Positions 48,699-58,945 of a DNA stretch of 64,000 nucleotides are shown here, in pieces. The notes beneath the pieces are model-generated. The model saw only the letters and a list, made by a program, of their open reading frames with translations. It did not search any database and was not told the origin of the DNA. The DNA comes from Clostridia bacterium. GTDB taxonomy: Bacteria > Acidobacteriota > Terriglobia > Terriglobales > Acidobacteriaceae. Each line of letters opens with the position of its first letter. Position 1 is the stretch's first letter. The position numbers and the translations under genes were made by a program. The stretch is from assembly GCA_035627675.1 (NCBI GenBank), contig DASPLH010000062.1:1500-65499 (forward strand), given 5' to 3'.

Positions 48699-49886
48699 GT
48701 GGACTTCAACATCGACTTCGACGAGCGGCCGTTCATCGTGATCTGGGAGACGACCCAGGCCTGCGATCTCGCCTGTGTACACTGCCGCGCCTGTGCCCAG
48801 CCGGCCCGCAACTCGCAGGAACTCACGACCGAACAGGCCAAGCGCCTGATCGACGAAGTTGCCGCGCTGCGCGCTCCGCTGTTCGTGATGACCGGCGGCG
48901 ACCCGCTGAAGCGCCCCGACATTTACGAACTGGTAGCGTACGCCGCCGCCAGGGGCATCCGGCCGTCGCTGACTCCGAGCGCCACGCCGCTGCTCACTCG
49001 CGAGGCGATCGTGCGGCTCAAGGAAGCGGGGCTTGCCAGGCTTGCGATCAGCCTCGACGGACCCACGGCCGTGATACACGACGCCTTTCGCCGCGTGCCC
49101 GGATCGTTCCAGTGGACCCTGGATGCCGTGCAGTACGCTCGCGAGATCGGACTTCCGGTCCAGATCAATACGACGATTACGCGCCACAACCTCGCGCAAC
49201 TCGACGACATGATCGCCCTGCTCGAGGGGCTCGACATCGTGCTCTGGAGCGTCTTCTTCCTGGTGCCCACCGGGCGTGGAGCCTCGATCGATCTTCTGTC
49301 GGATGAGCAGTTCGAAGACGTGTTCGCGAAGTTATATGAGACCTCGCGGCGCGCGAAGTTCGACATCAAGAGCACGGAGGCGCAGCACTACCGCCGCTAC
49401 CTGCTGCAAAAGCGCACGGGGATGCGTCGAGAGGGCGTGACCGACCAGAAGCAGCTTCCGTCGATCCTCGGCATGGGTCGCACCGAAGACGGCATTGGGC
49501 GCGCGCCGAAGGGCATCAACGACGGCAAGGGGTTTGTCTTCATCTCGCACATGGGCGAGGTCTTCCCCAGCGGGTTCCTGCCCATGTCCGCCGGGAACGT
49601 TAAGACCGAATCGCTCGCTGGACTCTACCGCGAGTCGGAGCTTTTCAAGTCGCTGCGGGACGCCGACAACCTCAAGGGAAAGTGCGGCGTATGCGAGTAC
49701 CGGCAGATCTGCGGCGGATCGCGTGCGCGCGCCTACGCCATGACCGGCGACATCTTCGCCGAGGAGCCCTGCTGTGCCTACGTCCCTAAGGCCGCGGAAG
49801 GCATGGAGCGCAAACCGGCGCCGCCCGCACTGCCGCGGGTGATCGACCAGTGGCCCGAAGGAGCACTGGGCTGCGGCCGCGGATAA
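48699..49886 (+). CDS. Radical SAM protein with C-terminal SPASM/twitch domain
   Basis: GTG at 48699, 4 nt after AGGAGG. Has CDLACVHC (CxxxCxxC) and GGDPL. The C-terminal Cys cluster is KGKCGVCEYRQICGGS...PCCAY. Confidence 0.85.
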   Translation: MDFNIDFDERPFIVIWETTQACDLACVHCRACAQPARNSQELTTEQAKRLIDEVAALRAPLFVMTGGDPLKRPDIYELVAYAAARGIRPSLTPSATPLLTREAIVRLKEAGLARLAISLDGPTAVIHDAFRRVPGSFQWTLDAVQYAREIGLPVQINTTITRHNLAQLDDMIALLEGLDIVLWSVFFLVPTGRGASIDLLSDEQFEDVFAKLYETSRRAKFDIKSTEAQHYRRYLLQKRTGMRREGVTDQKQLPSILGMGRTEDGIGRAPKGINDGKGFVFISHMGEVFPSGFLPMSAGNVKTESLAGLYRESELFKSLRDADNLKGKCGVCEYRQICGGSRARAYAMTGDIFAEEPCCAYVPKAAEGMERKPAPPALPRVIDQWPEGALGCGRG

Positions 49887-49984
49887 AAAGTTTTCCCGTT
49901 GTAACTCGCACAGCCTCGGCCGACCTCCCCGAGGCTGTTCTTTTTTGGCAGCAAAAGCCCCGCAACGTTGCACTTGGGAGCGTG

Positions 49985-50656
49985 CTACTCGGCGGGTTCG
50001 GTCAGGCGGTTGTTGATCGCGAACAGGGCAAGTTCCAGGCGGCTCGAAACCCCGACTTTGTCGAAGATATTGGTGAGGTGATGCTTGACCGTGTCTTCGC
50101 TGAGAGAGAACTTGTGCGCGATCTCCTTGTTGCTGAGCCCGGCGACGATTGCGCCGAGGATCTCGGTCTCGCGGCGCGTCAGGCCATACGCCTTCGCGCG
50201 CGAGGCGGGCTGCGACGCGCTTTCGCGACGGAGATACTGCACCACGTCCGACACCGGTTCGCGGTCCACCCAGAATTGACCATTCATCACCGTCCGGATG
50301 GCCTTCATCAGGATCTGCGTTGCGGCATCCTTGAGGACCACGCCGCGAGCGCCGATCTGAAGGGCCTCCAGCACCTGGCGCTTCTCGATGGCGGCGGTGA
50401 GGATGATGACGCGAGTGGGAGCCTGCATCGCGATGAGTTCGCGGAGCGCCTCGAGCCCCGGCACGCGAGGCATCGCAAGATCCAGGATCAGGATGTCAGG
50501 ACGGCTTTGCTGAACCATGGCAATGGCTTCAGCGCCGTCGCCGGCTTCGCCCACGACGCTCATTCCGCCTTCGGATTCGAGCAACCGGCGAAGTCCGTCG
50601 CGAAAGATCGTGTGGTCGTCGGCGATGAGGAGGCGAACCTTGGAGTCCTTATCCAT
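49985..50656 (-). CDS. NarL/FixJ (LuxR-type) response regulator
   Basis: Start at MDKDSKVRLLIADDH. Receiver Asp in ILILDLAMP. The HTH region is LTRRETEILGAIVAGLSNKEIA. Confidence 0.9.
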   Translation of the reverse strand: MDKDSKVRLLIADDHTIFRDGLRRLLESEGGMSVVGEAGDGAEAIAMVQQSRPDILILDLAMPRVPGLEALRELIAMQAPTRVIILTAAIEKRQVLEALQIGARGVVLKDAATQILMKAIRTVMNGQFWVDREPVSDVVQYLRRESASQPASRAKAYGLTRRETEILGAIVAGLSNKEIAHKFSLSEDTVKHHLTNIFDKVGVSSRLELALFAINNRLTEPAE

Positions 50657-52625
50657 GCAGGGCGTGTCCTTTCTGGGGAACCACGATGTCAAGCTTGGAA
50701 CCTTGATGCTGCCAGGACTCGATGCTGAGACGTCCACCGAGTGCGAGCACTCGGTCGCGAATCACCATCGGACCCCGGCTCGAAGGTTGCCGCTCGTCGA
50801 ATACCACTACACCCTCGAAATCGAAGCCCTTGCCGTCGTCGGCGACCGTGAGCCGCCAATCTCGTGAGTTATGTCCAAATGTTACCAGCACACTTTGGGC
50901 CTTGGCGTGCTTCCTGACGTTCGTCAGCGCTTCCTGTAGAACACGAATCAGCTCGTAGCAGCTGTGAGGACTCAGGGCTACGTCTTCCTGCACGTCGGTT
51001 ACAAACCTTGCATGCAGGCCCGTGTCGCGCCGGAAGCGGTCCACCGTGTCGGCCATGACGTCAATCAAGTGCTGCGGGGAGACGTCGATCGGCCTCATCT
51101 GCTGCATCAGCTCGCGCAGGGTGAGGACCTCGTGCCGCACCAGCTCCTGCACCTGGCCGATCTCGGAACTCAGCTGCGGGGTCGCATCTTCGGACTTACG
51201 GCGAAGCACGTCAAGCCGCATCTCGGCCGAGATCAGCGATTGGATGGCGCCGTCGTGCAGTTCGCGCGCAACACGTGCCCGTTCCATGGCGCCGGCGCGC
51301 GAGCGAAGGCGGCGCACGAGATACACGCTGTAAATCGCGGAGATCGCCTGCCGCAGCAGCTGTTCGGCAAACCGAAGCTCTTGCTCCGGGTTGCTGCCCA
51401 ACTGGGCATTGACCAGGAAGAGATGCGCCGTCCACTCGCTGCCGAGTTCAGCCCGCGTGCTCAGCAGCGTGTCCATCGGTTCCGTATGGAACGGCAGTGC
51501 AGGGAACTCCGGAACACTGAACTGACGGCAGGCGGACGCCGCCACTTCCTTCGCGATTGCGCCGTCGCGCGTGCGCTGGAAGAAAATCGTCTCTTGCCAG
51601 GAATCGATCGGGCCTGAAGCGTCCGCCGCCTGCTCCGTCGCGTAGGGCGAGGTGTTCGGATGCGAGCGCGTTGGACCGTTCCAGAGATACGTGCGCCCTG
51701 TGGCCAACTCTCGCGTGACGATGTACGAGCGCTCGGCGTCGAAGATGCGCATGTACTCCACAAGCGTGTTGTACACCGTTGCAGAGAGCCCTAGGTCGGC
51801 TCGCGCGCCCCGGAGCACGCGAGTAACAACCACGCGTTCCGCCCTGCGTTCTTTTTCGTTCTCGCCAAGAGTCCCCACCAGCACGCCGATCGCCACGAGG
51901 TAGGCGCACCGGATGATGAGGCGGTTGAGGCCGAACTCTCCACCCGGCAGCAAGGCGGAGGCGTTCGGCACGGCCGTCATCAGGACGGCTTCGATATCGA
52001 GCAGGGCGATTCCGGCGACCGATGTCGCCATGGTCTCGTGCAGCCCCCATCGGAAGGCCGCCGTGATCTGCGTGAACGCGAAGAAGGAAAACAGCGGGCT
52101 GGCCGGCCCGTGCGTGAACAACGTCAACACGGCGGGGAACAAAATGTCGAGCGCGTGGATCACCTTCTGCGCGCGGTCACTCACGCCATGGAAGCGGATG
52201 TAGGCAAGTATGCCGACACCGTGGATCATCCATGCGCCCAGCAGCGTGTTCACCAGCCGGACGTAGGTTCTCGGCTCGGTGGAGTCGATTGCCACGGCGA
52301 CGAATGCGAGGACGCTGAGCGTCAGCCTCGCGATGGCGATGGTGTTTTCTACTCGATGGCGCTCCGCCTCCGAGGGAGGCGCGTTCAATCGCGTGAGATA
52401 GCGGCTGGAGGTGAACCGGCGCAAGCGGATGTCCTGCGCACGATTATTCCCCAATTTGGGGTCCGGAACAAAGCAATACCGTGCCAAATCAGCTACTTCA
52501 GCGCCAAAGTATCGAGCCTCACCCCCTCCTGTGACACGGTTCACTGCGGCCCGGAACCGGCGGACGTACCGTTGCGCTGTTCGGAGAAAGTCGATGTTTT
52601 CAGGCAGCAAAATACCGCGCCCCAC
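50649..52625 (-). CDS. Sensor histidine kinase, HisKA_3 (NarX/DesK-type), with membrane and GAF-like N-terminal half
   Basis: H-box ARELHDGAIQSL and ATPase motifs (EALTNVRKHA, DDGKGF). Overlaps the response regulator start by 8 nt. Confidence 0.85.
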   Translation of the reverse strand: MGRGILLPENIDFLRTAQRYVRRFRAAVNRVTGGGEARYFGAEVADLARYCFVPDPKLGNNRAQDIRLRRFTSSRYLTRLNAPPSEAERHRVENTIAIARLTLSVLAFVAVAIDSTEPRTYVRLVNTLLGAWMIHGVGILAYIRFHGVSDRAQKVIHALDILFPAVLTLFTHGPASPLFSFFAFTQITAAFRWGLHETMATSVAGIALLDIEAVLMTAVPNASALLPGGEFGLNRLIIRCAYLVAIGVLVGTLGENEKERRAERVVVTRVLRGARADLGLSATVYNTLVEYMRIFDAERSYIVTRELATGRTYLWNGPTRSHPNTSPYATEQAADASGPIDSWQETIFFQRTRDGAIAKEVAASACRQFSVPEFPALPFHTEPMDTLLSTRAELGSEWTAHLFLVNAQLGSNPEQELRFAEQLLRQAISAIYSVYLVRRLRSRAGAMERARVARELHDGAIQSLISAEMRLDVLRRKSEDATPQLSSEIGQVQELVRHEVLTLRELMQQMRPIDVSPQHLIDVMADTVDRFRRDTGLHARFVTDVQEDVALSPHSCYELIRVLQEALTNVRKHAKAQSVLVTFGHNSRDWRLTVADDGKGFDFEGVVVFDERQPSSRGPMVIRDRVLALGGRLSIESWQHQGSKLDIVVPQKGHALHG

Positions 52626-52696
52626 AAGAGCCTCCCCGTGCCGGACCCGGCAAGCGAGGCCGCCACAAGTCCCAACGACAAAAGGAGTCGTGAGCC

Positions 52697-53110
52697 ATGC
52701 TACGACTAATCTCCTGGAAGTCCCTGTTCGTGATAGCTCTCATCGCACTGTTCTCGTACGCCGTCCAGGCGCAGGGGGTGAGAAAGCCCCCCAAGTATGA
52801 AAAGGCATCCGAAGTAACTCTGAAGGGAACGGTCGAGGAAGTGAAACTGATCCCCGGTCCCGACGAGGGCGCGCACTTTGTCCTGGCGACCGCGGACGGC
52901 CCTATCCTGGTGCACGTGGCCCCGGAAAAATTCCTGAAGGAGATCGTGGACACGACGTTCCACAAGGGCGACCTGGTCGAGGTAGTCGGCGCGAAGATCA
53001 AGGCCGAGGAAGGCCCCGAGGTTCTGGCGAAAGAGATCACGCGGGACAACAACACGTTGACACTTCGCGATCCCAGCGGAACCCCGGTCTGGAAAGGCTG
53101 GATCAGGTAA
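52697..53110 (+). CDS. Small secreted hypothetical protein
   Basis: Signal peptide MLRLISWKSLFVIALIALFSYAVQAQG. 137 aa, beta-rich. No family recognised. Confidence 0.5.
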   Translation: MLRLISWKSLFVIALIALFSYAVQAQGVRKPPKYEKASEVTLKGTVEEVKLIPGPDEGAHFVLATADGPILVHVAPEKFLKEIVDTTFHKGDLVEVVGAKIKAEEGPEVLAKEITRDNNTLTLRDPSGTPVWKGWIR

Positions 53111-53220
53111 GAATTTCGAAACGACTCGAACCTGAGCACTGCAACGGCGAGATCCCCCACTCGCGTACGGCTTCGGAGCTGTCACCGGTCGCGACACGGC
53201 TGAGAGCTGGGGGACCGTTT

Positions 53221-53685
53221 ATGTTACGTCTGGGCAGGCTTGTCGGCTACTCCTGTGACACTCCGCTGAGAACCGCCGTCGCTGTGGTCGTGGTTGGCCT
53301 CGCCGTGGGGCTGTTCAACTTTGGGGTGGACCAGGCCCTGATCCAGTTTCAAATCAGCCCCGACCTCCATTCGGGCGTCCAGGCAGCCATTGCCGGAGTT
53401 GGCGCCGCAGTCGCAACGCTCCTGATCCTGCTGGCGATCCGGGAGCGAAGGCGCAGAATAGCCGATGAGCTAAGCCGCGTCGCGGAACTGAACCACACCC
53501 TGCGCAACGCCCTCGAAGTGATCATCGGGTCCCACTATCCCGACGACGAACAGCACAATCACATGGTGCTGGAGAGCGCCAGGCGCATCGACGCAAAGTT
53601 GAAAGAGCTGTTCCCGGCACTGGGGGTCGAGCGCCGCGGAGGCAAGCGGCTCGGCGCCGGTGGCAAACACTCCACCGCAGATTAG
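53221..53685 (+). CDS. Membrane protein with a stand-alone HisKA_2-like DHp helix pair (no ATPase domain)
   Basis: Two TM helices, then ELSRVAELNHTLRNALEVI. This resembles the ELNHRVKNxL H-box of HisKA_2/HWE kinases. The ORF ends about 60 aa later. Confidence 0.45.
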   Translation: MLRLGRLVGYSCDTPLRTAVAVVVVGLAVGLFNFGVDQALIQFQISPDLHSGVQAAIAGVGAAVATLLILLAIRERRRRIADELSRVAELNHTLRNALEVIIGSHYPDDEQHNHMVLESARRIDAKLKELFPALGVERRGGKRLGAGGKHSTAD

Positions 53686-53686
53686 A

Positions 53687-53710
53687 AAACGCCCGCGCAT
53701 GCGGGCGTTC
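53687..53710. terminator. Bidirectional hairpin; T-tail favours hspR (minus strand)
   Basis: ACGCCCGC (53689-96) pairs with GCGGGCGT (53701-08). The minus-strand tail is TTTTCT. Confidence 0.5.
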
Positions 53711-53728
53711 CTGGCTGCGATGTGGCGC

Positions 53729-54133
53729 TTATCTGCGCCGCGTCTTGCTGTCCTCTGGCGGTATCACGACGGGAGGACGGCGCATGGGAACGATCGCCCC
53801 CTGCTTCAAAACCTGGTCCTGCGCGCGCGCCATCACTTCCTGCTGCACGTAGCTGACGAAGTCCTGCATCTGGCGCTGCATGTGCTCCATCTTCTCGCGC
53901 ATGTTGAGGATGATGCCGATGCCCGCGATGTTGACGCCGAGGTCGCGAGCCAGCGACAGGATGAACTCCAGCCTCTTGAGGTCTTCTTCGGTGTAAAGAC
54001 GGGTGTTGCCCTCGGTGCGCGATGGCTTCAGCAGCCCTTCGCGCTCGTAGAGACGCAGCGTCTGCGGATGGATGTCGTACATCTCCGCGACAACCGAGAT
54101 CATATAAGCGCCCTTGCCCCGTCGTTTGGTCAT
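53729..54133 (-). CDS. hspR: MerR-family heat-shock repressor HspR
   Basis: ISVVAEMYDIHPQTLRLYEREGLLKPSRTEGNTRLY is an HspR-type MerR HTH. It is the last gene after dnaK and the dnaJ-like gene. Confidence 0.85.
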   Translation of the reverse strand: MTKRRGKGAYMISVVAEMYDIHPQTLRLYEREGLLKPSRTEGNTRLYTEEDLKRLEFILSLARDLGVNIAGIGIILNMREKMEHMQRQMQDFVSYVQQEVMARAQDQVLKQGAIVPMRRPPVVIPPEDSKTRRR

Positions 54134-54265
54134 CGAGTTCCTTCGCTGCGCTCAGGATTTCGCCTGCGGGCTCCCGCTTCGCTCACGCCCGCAAAGCGGC
54201 TCCATCAGTTTCGAGTTTCAGGTTGCAAGTTTCAAGTGGCGATCAACGATGCCGTGTTGCTTGCC

Positions 54266-55315
54266 CTAGACTTTGCTCCAAAGATCGGTGCGCGGGTCTT
54301 CCGGTTGCAGCTTCTCCAACTTGTGCCATAGCTCTTTGGCTTCGACGTTTTGAACTTCAGGCACCACGATCTTGAGCTCGACGATCTGGTCGCCCATCGC
54401 GCCTTCGCGCGTGGCGCTCTTCACGCCCTTCTCGCGCATGCGCAGCTTCTGGCCGCTCTGGGTGCCGGGCGGGATGCGGAGTTGCGCGCGCCCGTCGATC
54501 GTCGGAACCTCGACTTTGGCTCCCAGCGCAGCCTCCCACGGCATGATCGGCACCGTCACGTAAATGTCGTCGCCTTCGCGGCGAAAGATCGGGTGCGGAT
54601 CGATTTTGACGACCAGGTAGAGGTCGCCATTCGGGCCGCCGCGCTGTCCGGGATTGCCCTTGCCGGCAAGCCGTATGCGCTGCCCGTCGCGCGTGCCCGC
54701 CTTGATCCGGAATGTAATCGGCTCGGTAGTCATGCGGCCGTTCGCGTCGGGATGCTGGATGTTGATCGTGCGCTCGGTTCCATGGATCGCCTGCCAGAAC
54801 GGCACGTGCACCTGGTACTCGAGATCCGAACCCGCTTCAGGCGCTTGCGAGGCGAAGCCTCCGCCGCCGAAGATGCCGCTGAAGATGTCGCGGAACGAAC
54901 CGCCGCCGCCGCGCGATCCCTGTGCCTGCCCGAAGTCGAAGTCCGAGAAGTCGAACGGCACCTCCTGGTAGCGCACGTTGCCGCCTCGGCCCCCGGCGGA
55001 GCCTCCGGGAAATCCTCCAAACCCGCCGGCGCCGAAGCCCGCACCGCCGCCGCGGGCGTAAGCCTCGGCCGTCGCGGGATCGATCTGGTCGGAGTAGAAA
55101 CCAAGCTGATCGTAGATCTTGCGCTTCTTGGGATCGCCAAGAACGTCGTTGGCCTCGCTGATCTCCTTGAATTTCTCTTCGGCCTTCTTGTCGTTGGGGT
55201 TGACGTCGGGGTGATACTTGCGCGCAAGCTTGCGGAAGGCCTTGCGGATCTCGTCGGCAGACGCAGACTTCTTCACCCCGAGAATGCCGTAGTAGTCCTT
55301 TTGCTGCGTTGCCAT
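54266..55315 (-). CDS. J-domain co-chaperone without zinc finger (CbpA/DnaJ class II-like)
   Basis: J domain (DYYGILGV...HPD) and a G/F-rich region. No CxxCxGxG repeats. DnaJ C-terminal beta domains are present. Confidence 0.88.
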   Translation of the reverse strand: MATQQKDYYGILGVKKSASADEIRKAFRKLARKYHPDVNPNDKKAEEKFKEISEANDVLGDPKKRKIYDQLGFYSDQIDPATAEAYARGGGAGFGAGGFGGFPGGSAGGRGGNVRYQEVPFDFSDFDFGQAQGSRGGGGSFRDIFSGIFGGGGFASQAPEAGSDLEYQVHVPFWQAIHGTERTINIQHPDANGRMTTEPITFRIKAGTRDGQRIRLAGKGNPGQRGGPNGDLYLVVKIDPHPIFRREGDDIYVTVPIMPWEAALGAKVEVPTIDGRAQLRIPPGTQSGQKLRMREKGVKSATREGAMGDQIVELKIVVPEVQNVEAKELWHKLEKLQPEDPRTDLWSKV

Positions 55316-55414
55316 CGTCGAGATCCTTCTATCAATCGAAGTTTTTGATCCACCAGCGCTGAGCAGAGTATCCGTCTTCCCGATTGCTCGCGCCAGTCCG
55401 AATCGAGCGGCGAA

Positions 55415-55597
55415 TCAGTTGACCTGCTGTTCGTCGCTAAACTCGTCCGGAATCAGCACGGCGCCGATCATCGGCGCGTTGTCATCCAGGATGTCTATGC
55501 GGCGGATGCCCCGCAGCGTCGGCGTGAGCAGAATCCAGCGCCCTTCGCCGGGATTAAAATTCAGAAAATATCTTTGTCCGTTGACCTCGAAATGCAT
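55415..55597 (-). CDS. Small hypothetical protein between dnaK and the dnaJ-like gene
   Basis: ATG at 55597 with GAGG 6 nt upstream; the ORF track extends to a GTG at 55636. MHFEVNGQRYFLNFNPGEGRWILL... is 60 aa, with mostly G/C at third codon positions. No family recognised. Confidence 0.45.
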   Translation of the reverse strand: MHFEVNGQRYFLNFNPGEGRWILLTPTLRGIRRIDILDDNAPMIGAVLIPDEFSDEQQVN

Positions 55598-55860
55598 TTG
55601 TACCTCAGGGGCTGAAGCCCCCTTTCCTTGTTGCACTCTGCGGCACGCCTAAAGCCGTGCCCTGATACGAATGTCGTGCGCACGGATCAAGCAATGCCCC
55701 TGATACAAAATCCCCGCGGCGCATGCCCTGATACGACCGTCGTCCCTACGGGACTCTGATCTGCTCCTGCGCATCCCAGCGCTGAAGCGCTGGGCTAGGG
55801 TACGGCCGTCCCTACGGGACGTTGAGCATCGCGTACTATCCCGCGGTTGCGCGGCTTCGC

Positions 55861-55905
55861 GACTCCGCGACTCGTGACTCCGTGACTAGTGACTCCGCGA
55901 CTTCT
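55861..55905. repeat. 15-bp tandem repeat x3 (GACTCCGCGACTCGT-like)
   Basis: gactccgcgactcgt, gactccgtgactagt, gactccgcgacttct, read directly. Confidence 0.85.
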
Positions 55906-55911
55906 GAATCG

Positions 55912-55940
55912 ACGAAAGGGCGCACGTGCATGCGCCCTTC
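55912..55940 (-). terminator. Hairpin (terminator/attenuator) about 37 nt downstream of dnaK
   Basis: AAGGGCGCA (55916-24) pairs with TGCGCCCTT (55931-39). The minus-strand tail is TTTCGTCG, which is a weak U-tract. Confidence 0.4.
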
Positions 55941-55976
55941 ACCTACTGAATGCTGAGTGCTGACCGCTGACGGCTC

Positions 55977-57905
<1,929 letters not shown>

Positions 57906-58003
57906 TGGGTCTGCCTCCTGAAACTGGGGAACTTAACTTTGAGTGCGATCCGGGTGCGTGGGCGAGCCTTTAACTCACCCCTTCTACGATGGCGATCATG
58001 GAA

Positions 58004-58024
58004 GTTGAGTGCATCATTGTCAAG
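58004..58024 (-). promoter_or_regulatory. HAIR-like inverted repeat overlapping a TTGACA -35 box upstream of dnaK
   Basis: The minus strand reads CTTGACA-atgatgc-ACTCAAC, against the HAIR consensus CTTGAGT-N7-ACTCAAG (11/14 match). TTGACA-N17-CATGAT is a plausible sigma70-type promoter. About 100 nt upstream of the dnaK ATG. Confidence 0.4.
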
Positions 58025-58178
58025 TTTTAGATGCTGGGCAGACAAGGAAGTTGCAGCGCTCGCCTGGAAAACACACCTTTGTCTTTCAACGGGATGGGCG
58101 GTCTCCGGTCGAGAAAGCAGTGCAGCGCTTTCCGCCAGGTTGCGGGATTGTGCTGTCCGGAGACTCGCCCTGGGTCGG

Positions 58179-58850
58179 TCAGTCCTGGTCCTCGTCGGGG
58201 TCTCCGGCGGGCATGCCGCGCATCAGGTTGCCCATGTCGAGTTTCTGGTACCCGGATGGGATCTGGAACAGAGTTGGGTCCTGGCGGCCTTCCTTGAGGT
58301 TCAACAGATCGATCTGGGAACCGTCGGCCAGCAGCGTGCGGATGGCCATTGGGATCTTCTGATCGACCCACATGAACATCTCGTGCTTGCCCGTCTGCTT
58401 CAGGCTGAAGTCCCACTTGACGGTGCTGCGGCCGTTGACGGATTCGGCGCCCACTCTCTTGCAACTGTACTCGGTGCCGGCGCAGGGGTTATTCAGGTCC
58501 AGCTTCCTGAGTTCGGGAGTGCGCGGTCCGCGTGCGGCCATTGGGTTTGGCTGCTTGAGATCATGCTCCATGTACATGTTCTGGCCGACCATGATGGTGT
58601 AGGCGCGCTGGGCATTGACGTCGGTGATGTGGCGCATCTCCTGACCCTCGGTGTTCATGTCCGTGCGTATCTTGCCGCCGGCGAAGTAGATCTTCCCGTT
58701 GAAGGCTTCCTCGCCTTTGGTCTTCATCTGCATGTCGGCCGAGAACTCGGGTGAGGTTTGAGCGACGGCAAGAGCGGCGACAACGAGCATCAAGAATGCA
58801 GCGGCACTTAATCGGCGACGAATCATTGACATCCCCCTTTTTGTGTCCAC
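58179..58850 (-). CDS. Secreted hypothetical protein (LolA/DUF4412-like fold suspected)
   Basis: Signal peptide RRRLSAAAFLMLVVAALAVAQT. Beta-rich and Met-rich body. Family assignment is tentative. Confidence 0.5.
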   Translation of the reverse strand: MDTKRGMSMIRRRLSAAAFLMLVVAALAVAQTSPEFSADMQMKTKGEEAFNGKIYFAGGKIRTDMNTEGQEMRHITDVNAQRAYTIMVGQNMYMEHDLKQPNPMAARGPRTPELRKLDLNNPCAGTEYSCKRVGAESVNGRSTVKWDFSLKQTGKHEMFMWVDQKIPMAIRTLLADGSQIDLLNLKEGRQDPTLFQIPSGYQKLDMGNLMRGMPAGDPDEDQD

Positions 58851-58945
58851 ATCCGTTCCGCGCGAAATGATAGCTCATCGGCGGCGCGCAGCTACACCCG
58901 GCGCGTGCCGGGTGCTATTGACTGTTAGGGACGCGGGGAATTCGC

